From Amoeboradix gromovi X-113 (Eukaryota > Fungi > Sanchytriomycota): 32,000 nucleotides of DNA. This document shows positions 1 through 11,239 of the stretch, piece by piece. The first letter of the stretch is position 1; each line of letters opens with the position of its first letter. A program made the position numbers and the translations under genes. The notes beneath the pieces are model-generated. The model saw nothing but the letters and a program-made list of their open reading frames with translations. It had not been told where the DNA came from and ran no database searches. The DNA is taken from positions 1 to 32,000 of the forward strand of contig JADGIF010000002.1 of the NCBI GenBank assembly GCA_018985225.1, read 5' to 3'.

Positions 1-1
1 A

Positions 2-80
2 TCTTTTATTAATGATTTCCTCCGTATGGAGCACCTCCTTTAAAAACGAGTTAGTCTAGTTTTTATATTTGGTGTCCCAA
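2..80 (+). mobile_element. Terminus of a TIR element; same family as 19357-19840, remainder lies outside the window
   Basis: Near-identical to the reverse complement of 19356-19436 (CCGTATGGAGCACC..TTTAAAAACGAGTTAGTCTAGTTTTTATATTTGgTGTCCCAA). Similarity stops abruptly after GTCCCAA. Confidence 0.8.
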
Positions 81-90
81 ATGAGTTGAT

Positions 91-690
91 TTGAGCGGTT
101 TCCCCCTGTCACAGTTCCAATCGTACGATGCAGTGAATGCACCAAATTTAGCGAGATTTGTAAGTGAAGAGGAAAGAACTAAAATGTTGCTTTATAATAT
201 TAAGCTGAAAGTGCATAAAGAGAAAAGAGATTCTCTATTTCCTTTAGCTAATTTTACTGCCCACGTAGTTGACTATGGTTTGAGAGAGGAAGAGACGATA
301 ACTCTATGGGCGATAGACAAAGATGGAACTCGTTCGGAAATTGATTTAAATGAATATATAGGATTTTCTCTCGAACAGGGAAAAGGATTTCATTGTATAA
401 AAAACGGAAAAGGGTTTTACAACGATTATATTTACCACAGTTCAAAATTAACGGAATCAGATGGATATTGTAGAATAGAAGTAACAACTAAAGATAATGT
501 TGTAAGTTGGCTTGATTTAGACTATTTTATTGGTTATGTTTTTCATAAATTGTGTACCAACACCGGACAATATGATCGATTTGATTCATACTATTCAAAT
601 GAACAAAAATCAAAGTTTTGTCAATACTATGAAGTGACTACTTGTAACCAACCATCTCCCTTTTCGTTGTTTGGATTCAAGTTATTTTAA
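91..690 (+). CDS. CVNH (cyanovirin-N homology)-like domain protein; first ATG at 184
   Basis: Two internal repeats resemble the CVNH pattern: ANFTAHVVDYGL...LWAIDKDGTRSEIDLNEYIG and CRIEVTTKDNVVSWLDLDYFIG. The TTG start at 91 is doubtful for a eukaryote. Confidence 0.45.
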   Translation: MSGFPLSQFQSYDAVNAPNLARFVSEEERTKMLLYNIKLKVHKEKRDSLFPLANFTAHVVDYGLREEETITLWAIDKDGTRSEIDLNEYIGFSLEQGKGFHCIKNGKGFYNDYIYHSSKLTESDGYCRIEVTTKDNVVSWLDLDYFIGYVFHKLCTNTGQYDRFDSYYSNEQKSKFCQYYEVTTCNQPSPFSLFGFKLF

Positions 691-1631
691 TAAAAGCTAT
701 TCATCTTCACCATTGTCAAAAAATGTGATTTGATCTTAAGTCCACTAAATCATACTTAAACCTCATAAAATTATGAAAATTGTTATTTGTTTCAAGTATA
801 ATAATGTCAGTCTTTTTGGGATATTGGACGAGAAACATCACCAAGACGTAGACATGGTGACTTAGGATTAATGGAGAGTCTTTTAGCAGCATTTGAATTA
901 AACTCAAGCCCAGCAAAAGCAACCCACAGTGGGACGTGGTCTACCAACAATAGAAGACGGGTGTAATAAAAAATCGTTATCAAATTTATTAAGTCCCAAT
1001 TGATTATCTGTCTTCCTCACTCACTGTAAATCGCGTTGGTAACATGTTCAACAACATCAGCTGGTTGAAACCTCAACAGAATATCCTAATTGGATTGCGA
1101 AAGGTATAGACATGATTGATACCGATTACATGTTGACGAATCACAACAGTTAAGGACAATTTCAAACGTTTAACATTGAAATTGACATGCTAGTAATTTG
1201 AAATGAAATATCTCCAATTCACAAAAGTGTCAAAGGTGACATATGCTGTGCCTGTTAGCTATTTCTTTAGATTTGACATATTCGGGACTAGATTCATTAA
1301 TTCCATCTACCATTTGTGAAAAAGAATACTATCCAGTATTTAAGCTATTGGAAAAATTTGGGAAAGTCGTAAATTGTATAAAAATGCATACAAATCCGCG
1401 ATAAATGATTTATTCAAGAAGACAATCGAGCTGTGAAAACCCTGACAAATTTCGAGTTCTTTCATTTCACACAATGTTAATAGTTGTAGCACATAACTCA
1501 AAGTGGTTCGATATCCTGAATTCTCTACATTAGATAGTGCACGTAAAAACAAAAATTACATACAAAATTGTTTATTTTTTGAAATTTTTGACTATGGTCC
1601 AGTGCAGCTTTTCACAACCCCTTAAATCCAC

Positions 1632-4600
1632 ATGAACATCGAGTCACTAATACCTCATATATTTCTGCCCCGAAGCCTACCTAGTACAGAGTCTAATTGT
1701 GATATTCAGATACTCTATGAATTTAACAGATCTATTCAGTCTAGTTTCATTGGCAGTAATATCAAAGCCGTCTTTCAAAACTGGTATAGCTGCCAAAAGG
1801 AAGAAACACTTAAATTGAAGTTATGCAAAGGCTATGTTGCATTCTACGTAAAAGAACAGAATTGTGGAGTCTTGATGAATGTGAAAGATGACTTAATTGA
1901 GTACAGCGATTTCCAGTGTTCGTTAGACTCGGAAACTGTAATGATGGATAATGACCATATCGCCGCATTTCCTACTTCTACTATGAGCATCTCTTCAATA
2001 GAAAACCCTCATATAATAGAAGAAGAACTGAACAATTTGTGTTTCACGCAATATCCGCAAGCAATGAAGCAATCGACAAAAGGTGGCGTTGATTTATACG
2101 AGATTAGAGACGTAGCTATTCCTGTAATGATGGAATACTTCAAATCGTGCTTGGTTCTACCCAACTCTCAGAATGTTAAATTTGAACCCATACTTAAGAA
2201 GCTAAGAGATGACATAGTATGGAACAGTGCACTGAAACCGTTTCGTAGGTCAGGGATGTACATGTGTCTAAAAGTGATATTACAACTTATACTAGTGAAC
2301 GAGCTTGGCTCAGCTAATGGTTTAGCCATTTATAAGACAATTATCACAGATTTGCATTTCAACATATTGAAAGCCTCGAGAGTTAGTTCTAACACTAAAA
2401 TCGAGATGCTAAATAAAATTGGTAGAAGAATTGTGAAGTTTGAGAATTTCATGGCGCCAAATTGCTCAGCAGATGTAAAAGATCAGATCAAGCAAATTTA
2501 CAACGAAAAATGGAACCAAATCATTGTAAAAGCCAATTCAGATTGTGAAAAGATATGGAAAACTATTGTTTCCAGTGAAGTTAGAATTAACCCGAAAATT
2601 CTTACATTCAATACCTCTGATCTGCATTATAATTATACTTTTGATAATGACAATAAAAATCCTTATACCGTTAATATAACTAATCCAACTATTGAGACTA
2701 TTGTTAGACACACCGGTGACACATTTTATGAACCACAGCTTCTAGTTAATGCTAAGACTGAAATGCAATTGACTTTTGCTCTGTACGACTTTGAAAACTG
2801 GATGATGTTCGAATCAGATAACTTCGTTTCTCATAAATATTGTGAAAAGTTTCATCAGTTGTTCAATTCTTATAGCAATCGTTCGAAAATCGACAGCAAT
2901 GATCCATTTGGTGCTAGTCGAGTGATATTAATTAAGCTAAAGATTATCTATATCGTTGATAAGATTGCTGTTAAAACATGCACCAGTTATGCCGATTATA
3001 TGTCATGCATTAATCCGGATATATTAGATCAATTATTTCTGCAATCTAGGGCTGAATTTGAATTAAAAAACAAGCTGTTCTTGTATTTTAATAAGAGAAA
3101 CATGGCTCAAGGTCCCAATTTACTGAGTCGTATTAGTTCGGATTCATTTTCTGTCAAATATCTTCTCTTCACTGATAGTTTAGACATAAGGAAAATGAAA
3201 AAAAGTATTGAACTGAAAGATGCATCTAATTGGGCGAATAAACTGCGTCAACTCCATACTCTTAGACAAAAATGTGAAGAATGGAGACAGCTACACCTAT
3301 CGCATCCTCATGATTATCACGTAAATGCAAGAGGTGAAAGAATACATGGTCTAAAGAACAGAGGGTGCGCCAAGTGCAAATACAACAAATTTAATAAGAA
3401 AGCATCCATGGATATTTATGAGTGTTATCTCAGTAGAGATCCTATAATAACCAGTGCAGTATTGTTTGAATTTCATATTCCACAGAGTATCAGAATGTTA
3501 AGAGATATCTTGTTTGACTATAACGCAAGTATTGGTAGCATTGTGTTTGATAAAAGTAAATGTTATGGTACTTGGAAGAATAGACTAAAGGCATACGGTA
3601 GTATTAAATCCAAGGTTGAGCTAGGAAGCAGTGTGAAGTTATTTGGGCAATCCCATTATAAATCAAATCATCCATCTATGCCCGACAATAATTTTATTGT
3701 TCCATGTGGTTTTAATGCCAAACTGTGTGTTGGTAATATATTTATATCATACACTAGTGAATACAACATTGATTTTAAACTGCCAATCCACAAGCCATAT
3801 CAATGTTTATCCTTTTGTATGACTAGCACAAATTATGGTGAAAATAAAATAATTGCATCGCAGAATAATTGTCCACAGGAACTTCTGCTGAAAGAATATA
3901 TCGCTTTTGGTAACTTGAGAAGTCATCAAAATTTACAATGGAGACATTTAATGCGTTATTTTGGGGACTTAAATACTGCAGACCCATCGGTACGGAATTT
4001 GATTTTAACTGCGACTCATAGATGTGAGTCTTCTAAAAACATTCCAACCGGTGATGCGCATGCGGACTTGTTAGACAAGTCATTCTTACAGGCATTATGC
4101 AAGTTCATTAGCAAATTGCTAAGCGATAACTGCGACAACTGGAAGGACTATAATACTTTGATATGTTTGGTATTTATTAGTAGAAGAATATCTGATTTTA
4201 GCTTTCTCGGAATAGAGTTGTTGTTGAATATTAGGAAGCTTATGCTTACTTGGATCAAATCATTAAAATTGTTGATCAGTAAAGCTAATAATACTTCAAT
4301 TGGACATTTGCGTGTAGTCCTAATACACGCGTATGTTATCATGCTGCTGTCCTATGGTTTCGATAGGGCCCTTGATAGTCCTTCGCTCCTAATATGGATC
4401 ACTAACATTGTAGAACTAAAAGAAATCTGTTTATTGACCGACTATGAGGTAGATAAAATTTACTCTAATCTAATACTACGTATAGGTAGTCAAATATTAC
4501 CATTTTTCACTAGCGATGAACCGCTAAAAATGTTCTTGCAGCTCAAGTATCATGCGAAGAGCTACCAGCTTTTAAACCATAGCAATTCGGTGTTTCAATT

Positions 4601-7600
4601 CAAAACAACAAGTGCAATATTACTTTTAAATGTTGTTACCGGTGATTTCTTGGTTAATGGCAACTATATCAATCATTTGTCTCATCATTATACTAGTCAT
4701 CCAGACTATTTTGCAATATTTAATACGGTCAAACCACCCGTTCGTAATTACAAAGGTGGATTCATCACTACAGAACCTATGCACGACTCAATGTTTACTT
4801 TTACCATGGGTAAAGATAATAAACTACAAGTCATACAAATTAAGAATTGGAGCAACGCTAACAGGCAGGAATTCATATTTGTGCCAATAAGAGAGTTCAA
4901 GAATTGCCCATATGAATTATTGGAGTTAAATCCATGGTATGACACATTAAATGGTAGGGTAGAATTTCGAAGGCATTTCAAGATGGTTTATTATTATGAC
5001 AACATGAGTATAACTACTGACACTGGTAAACATCTTATACAAAGAGATACACCGTCATACAACCAAATCATAAATGTGCTGTCAGCCATAGAATTGCCGG
5101 AATATATAAGAATATACTTTTATAGTAGGATTGAGATATATTTGCCAAGATACAAGCTGCATTTCTACATACGAGGTGATAATTATTACTGCAACGAGCT
5201 GGATATGAACATATCAAGTGAACAGGTGAAGGTCCTAATAGGATTAAAGAATAAGCTAATACTTGAAAATACATTCGGGGAATTAACTGTGCTGATACCT
5301 CATGGGCCTCTGAACGTAAGCAAAACAAATGAACATGTCATTATTAACATCGACCTAACTAAGTTGTCTGAAACTGTATACTTTGGATATCAAGTAGATC
5401 AAATTTTGAGACGACTGATGCCAAATCAAACTATGGAGTCTTGGCTATATTTAACTCTTCTGCACGCTGCAACAACCCACTCCTTAGCTGATCCATTTAC
5501 CGGTATAACAGGTTGCGAGCAAGCGCTGTATCTGCTACAAACTGGAAACGTTAGTAGTTGCAAACCGTATTCAAAGAAATCTATTGATTTGCTCCACCAA
5601 ATTAGTTCCATATCACCTAGAAGGGAGTATTATCCAGTCCACCTTAAATGCATGCAAAAGGTTACATATAATTTCAATCTCCATGATTACGCATGCAATG
5701 ATTCATATTATATCAAGTGCTATGAATTAATTCATAAGTCATATGAGCTAGAATTCTTATTCAGCCAAGGAGGCGAATCAAATGAATCACCGCTGGGTAA
5801 AAACTGTATTGAGCTATTGCGACGTGCCATTAACAAACACGGCTACTCTTACACTGAACAGGGTCGTATGTATTACAGTCCAAATGATAGTTTGGGTATG
5901 TACTTACCTATTGAAGTAGACAGTAATGTACAGCTAATTACAAATTGCATAAGAATGAACACATGGTGCAGCTTCACAACGAATTTGTCATTCTTAGTGA
6001 ACATGGACGAAATCAATTGCAAAGGCATAGATTATCTCAATTTTCACAACTCATGGCTCTATCTATACAATATGGCCATCACACAGGACATTAGCGATGA
6101 AGATTGGATATTTACAATGAACTCATTCTACTACAAATATAGGGTAGAATTTGATCAGTTAATGACTTTGCAGTGCATAAGAGCCAATAGTGATGTATTT
6201 TCCTGCTTATCACTTGATATTGATTATATCCATTTTGTAAACACCAGTGAGCGCTCAATCGACGATGATGTGCTGAGTAGTATATTGCAGTCGCATGTAT
6301 TGTCATTCGATGATTACTTAAAGAATGTAGAGATTGAGGGTTTAGTTAAAAACATGTCTTTAAGTGTTTGGAATGAATTGCCAGTCGATTCGCCTGATGA
6401 ATTAGATTATAAGCTGCGAATGGCAGCTGAATATAACGAATTGGTAAAAAATGAAACTGAATTGTTTATTGCTACAGTAGCCACCCAATGGCCTAAAAAT
6501 ATTAGTATGCCTGATTTCACCGGTTATGAATTTATTAACATTCATAATGCGTGGCCACAAGTAAATGAGGTATTGAAGAATTGGAGCAACAACCTCTTAT
6601 TATTCAATTTTGTAAATACTGTTAGCATTTTGTGCAATAGTAAATCCAGTGGCGGAACCACTGCAGTGACTTGCCCTTCCTTTTCATTTAATCGGGCAAA
6701 ATTTGGTAACCCTGTTGCAAAATTTAACTTGACTCCCAAACTGAGTGACATGCCAGTTTATAGTCAAATTTACGAATCCGGTTCAATGCTTAAAAGTATG
6801 GACCATTTCAGACATATAAAACCTCAAATACAACCCTTTCCTTTAGACGTCAATATCAATGACAACATACAGCAGTATTTGACGTCAAAGTTTAAGGAGT
6901 CTTGGGAGGCGTATGAGAATTATGACTTGTGCGCTAACCTCAGCAATGCTGATTTTGTTGCTCATCAAAAGGACTTGCTGAGTTACTATACCAAATTTCA
7001 TGATCTGTTGCTAAATGACGTCTATCAGCAGTGCTCATACAATCCTTTGTTGCAGCATTTGGTTCCAAAAATTACACCTATTTATATACTGCAACTCTTT
7101 ATCAATGACCCCAATTCACTGGTAGGTGCATATGCAGTTGTACTAACATTGATACAGCAATGTAAAAGGAGACTTCAGTATGCGCACCTTAACATGGAGA
7201 ACTATATCTACAAGGAGTGCGACTTCCAATTTAGTCCCAAACTCTATCCAAGCTGGGTGCTACTGCAACTGGAAATGAATGTCATGTTTAGAAAGGAACA
7301 AGTGGATATAGCATCAGGACTTCAGGGAGTTACTCAACTTCAAATGGTATTTTTTGTTCACATAGGGATTAGGAAAGACAAGTTGCATACTGCCAATGTT
7401 GGCTACTATTAAAAGTGATAAAATATGTCAAATAGTGGTTTTGAAATCATTGTATTACTTGAACTACGATTTATTGAAGTACAAATTAGGATATCTCCTG
7501 AACAAGCACGTCGTTGTTTTCCCATGCCGCCGATCAATTAACATGACCCCTGACAGTATGGAACTGTTGTACAGAAAATATAAACAGTGCTTAGAAAGCT

Positions 7601-10206
7601 CGAATGTTATAATAGCAACACCTGAGCATTTACAGTCGTTTGAGCTCAAGTGCATCGAAATGTGTTACAAACAGAGCAGCATGTGCGATATATTTATTAA
7701 ACTGTCTGAGTTCATCAAATGCAGTGTACAGTCTGTGTTAGACGAGAGTGATGAGATACTGCATTACAAACATCAATTGGTGTACACAATAGGACAGCAA
7801 GAAGGAATAGATGGTGGAGCAGAAAGATACATGACCATTGAAAAGGTGTTCTTGGTTATGTACAGCAAAGGCTTTGAAGAGGTTAGACTGAACAAAAAGT
7901 ACGTAATTGATTTAGTTAATCAGCTGCTGTGTTCCATAGCGGTGCCTGAGTATGATACGGATGAAATTGTTGATTTTATCGTCAATCCTAGAACTTCGTT
8001 TACATTTGACTCACCTCCATTGTTAATATTGAGAGGCCTCTTTGCGTACGAGTTGCTCTACCATGCATTGAATAAGCGTTTTAGAGTTAATTATGGCGTG
8101 GATATAAGCTTTAGATACATGGCTGTGCCGTTTAAAGCAAAAGATACCCCAACTGAGAACACCGAGTTTGGGCATCCTGACACAGCTATAGTACTTACAT
8201 TGCTAAGTTATTATCAATATGGGCTATCAGAACTACAGCTAACCCAAGTGTTTGAACTGCTTTTGAAGCTGCCGAACTGTTATGAACTGTACCAGAAGTG
8301 GACAGGTAGTACTAGCACTATCAATCTGATGAATGAAGAATACAAGACCAGACTGTTTCGCGACTGTAAGTATAATATGCTTTGCATCCACTTTTACTTA
8401 AATCAATTTGTGTTTCCTAAGGAATTAAAGCAGTTTCCCCATCTACTGGTCAGTACCGGATGGGATTTTCAGAATGCTATTGGCTTCAGTGGTACAAATG
8501 ATACCGAGCTGTTGCTGCCAAATATCAAGCAGAATAACTTGGAATCATTAAAATACACAAACGCACAGGTGTTGTGCAATATCTTGAAAAACTTAGATTA
8601 TTTCATTTCTAGCAACGAAAAAGAGCTGCTCGATACTGTTCTAGAAGAGGGGTGCCAGTTGATTATTGATTCCGGTGCATTATTTCAAGATAGCAACAAA
8701 CAAGTGGCTATGAAGTGGTTAGAACTAGCGTGGTCAAAAAACGATATTGATGCGTGCTTATACTTTGATGACGACAATAGGTTAGTTGTGGTTGACCGGT
8801 TCAACAGAATACAGGAATATGAAAACAGCGCTTACAATAATAATTTGAATCGTTGTCTGATATTTCTGGATGATCACCATACCAGAGGAGTTGATTTAAA
8901 ATTACCGGTTGTATTTAAAGGTGCAGTAACTATCAGCCATGACATGTGTAAAGACAAGCTAGTTCAAAGCTGTATGAGAATGAGATTACTGGGCAGTACT
9001 CACAAGTTGATATTTATAGCCAGCAAAAAAGCAGATGAAAGTATTGCTATGTTTCCATCAAAATCTAAGCTGCAATCTGTGATATACTTTGTAATAGACA
9101 ACACGGTAAAAGAAATTCAATCCAATTTCCTGAACTGGGCCCAAGCCGGATTGCAACACTACTATAAAGAGTGCGCATACGCCCTACTACTGAAGAGCGG
9201 AAATAGCAGATTGTATGGTGAAATGTGCATGGTACCAGAGTCTACGCTACTAGAAAACTACAGGCTCAAAAGAGAGGAGCAGCTTGTGAGCGAAATAGTC
9301 TTGAATGTGTTTAATCGGTTTTCTAGTAAACTAAAGCCATACAAAATGGAAGTGGAGTATGCGGAGAAATGCAAGTATATAATAGCGCATGTTGAGAAAT
9401 ACGTTCCCGACTTGAGAAACTACAGACAGCCGTTCAACGATGAGCAGCAGAGAGAATTGGAGAACGAAGTAGAGCAAGAGCAGCAAAAGTATAGGCCTAA
9501 ATCTGCTAAACCACTTGATGAAAAAGTGGATGCCGATAAGATAGATTTGTTCATTAGTAGTGGGAGCATCAAACCATTCCGCAAATTTTATTCGAATGCG
9601 CCTATGGATAAAGTGTTTGTTGCGCATACAAATCTGTATGTAACTAGCAACTATCAGAATACTGTAAAGGATCCGAGTATGGACTACTATAGGATGCCTA
9701 CCTGGATGATACAGAATGCGGACAAATTACTGTTGCTATCACCTAATGAGGCTGATTATTACATCAATAAGTTAAGAAAGAGCAACAAAGTCGGTTTATT
9801 GTTGTATCAACCAAAACAAAGTGAGCATGTAGACACCTTAATAAACAATCCGCTAATGGCAGTTGGAAAACATACAGTGCTGAATATCAGTACATTGATG
9901 CATTTGTTTATATTTGCAGGAGGACTGTACTTTGAGAATAAAGAGCAAGAGGAAGAGTATTTGAAATGTATAGGACATATCTGTAAACCAAGAAATGAGA
10001 AGGAGGAAGAGGCTTACAGATATAGTTTTATAAAGAATGGTTTCCTGGATGTAGCTTATCATGAAATGTTTGGTATGCGGTGCCTATTTAATCAAAATCA
10101 AGCAGACTTTGTCAAGGATTTGATAAACATAAGAAACAGATTTTACGATGAGGAATCACATGTAGGAAAAATTTTGTCGGGAAGCAAAAATGAATTTAAT
10201 AAATAA
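1632..10206 (+). CDS. Giant DUF3638/DUF3645 P-loop (SF2 helicase-like) protein with DUF6606-like N-terminus; join(1632..7346,7366..10206), ~2851 aa
   Basis: N-terminal LIPHIFLPRSLP and KKLRDDIVW..ALKPFRRSGMY. Spliced P-loop QLQMGLGKTSCILP, Walker B-like LDESDEIL, DUF3645-type KRFRVNYG..MAVPFKAKDTPTENTEFGHPD, then GFSGTND, LDDHHTRGVDLKLP, KDKLVQSCMRMRLLG and EQQRELENEVEQE. Confidence 0.85.
7347..7365 (+). other. 19-nt spliceosomal intron GTATTTTTTGTTCACATAG
   Basis: GT..AG boundaries at phase 0. Removal fuses the 1926-aa and 936-aa ORFs in frame and creates Q-M|G-L-G-K-T-S, the family's QxxMGxGKS/T motif. Confidence 0.85.
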
Positions 10207-10335
10207 TTAGTAACAGACTATTTATAGAATATCCGGCATTGCTCAGAAATTATTGAGAAACTGTTTAATTCACAGTTCCGACATGCTCTACAAAAACTAA
10301 CAAGCGCTCAAATACCTCAATCTAATTTATCCATT

Positions 10336-11229
10336 ATGAAACACTTGAATGTTCAATCATTTCTTAAACTTCGTCCATCCTTGACAGATGTGGGGCTTAT
10401 TCCTACCATGGGTGCTCTACATGAGGGACACCTGTCCCTCATCAAGCAGAGTTTAAAATCCAGCAAAGTAAGTGTTGTTTCCATATTTGTAAATCCAACA
10501 CAATTTGCTGTTGGTGAAGATCTCAGCACTTACCCTAGGACGCTGGACTCAGATATGAAGAAGCTGATGTCATTGGATCATGAGAATATTATTTTATTAA
10601 CACCAACTATAAATGAAATGTATCCTAATGGTGTTGACAGTGTCTACTTGGACACTCCAAAGGGTCAGTTATTTGAAGGCAAAATTCGCCCTACTTTCTT
10701 CAGGGGCGTTTGCACCATAGTTTGTAAGCTTTTTAATTTAGTTTCTCCAAATGTTGCTTATTTTGGCCAAAAAGATATTCAACAAGCTAGCATCATTTCC
10801 CGATTAGTAAATGATTTACTTTTACCCATCAAAGTCGTTGTAGTTCCAACTATCCGAGAGTCTGATGGTTTAGCATTGAGCAGTCGAAATATTTATCTTG
10901 ATAACTACCAAAGAATTCATTCGATTGCCTTGTACTACCTATTAACCAATATAAAATCGGATTTGCTATCTGGTATCCCCGTCTCTGAGTCAATTCAATC
11001 CAATACCAAGTCATTTAGCTTTAAATATCCTCAATTCCAAATCCAATATCTCGATGTAGTGAATGCTGCGACTATGAATTCAATAACCACCGTTGATCCA
11101 TCCTGTCTCCATGAATGCAGTGACGCATTTGAAATATCGAATGAAGTGGTATCAGTTGTAGCAGCTATCAAAATATCTAACTCTCTTCGACTACTTGACA
11201 ATATGGTACTGATTAATAAATCTGTTTAA
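10336..11229 (+). CDS. PAN6: Pantoate--beta-alanine ligase (pantothenate synthetase)
   Basis: PTMGALHEGHLSL (HIGH-type), SIFVNPTQF..EDLSTYPR, FGQKDIQQ, RESDGLALSSRN, RLLDN. Confidence 0.97.
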   Translation: MKHLNVQSFLKLRPSLTDVGLIPTMGALHEGHLSLIKQSLKSSKVSVVSIFVNPTQFAVGEDLSTYPRTLDSDMKKLMSLDHENIILLTPTINEMYPNGVDSVYLDTPKGQLFEGKIRPTFFRGVCTIVCKLFNLVSPNVAYFGQKDIQQASIISRLVNDLLLPIKVVVVPTIRESDGLALSSRNIYLDNYQRIHSIALYYLLTNIKSDLLSGIPVSESIQSNTKSFSFKYPQFQIQYLDVVNAATMNSITTVDPSCLHECSDAFEISNEVVSVVAAIKISNSLRLLDNMVLINKSV

Positions 11230-11239
11230 TTTAGTTTAT

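Noticed and set aside
1067-1078. AAACCTCAAC matching the start of the predicted Fanzor1 guide
   Set aside because: Only ~10 nt and no TTTA-like adjacent motif; compatible with chance.
691-1631. Short ORFs (716-922, 1340-1552) and a possible decayed gene in an unusually long intergenic region
   Set aside because: No recognisable motifs or consistent reading frame could be established.
7340-7412. Programmed frameshift or two separate genes at the ORF overlap
   Set aside because: A frameshift would leave extra residues inside the P-loop; exact GT-AG excision restores the motif cleanly.
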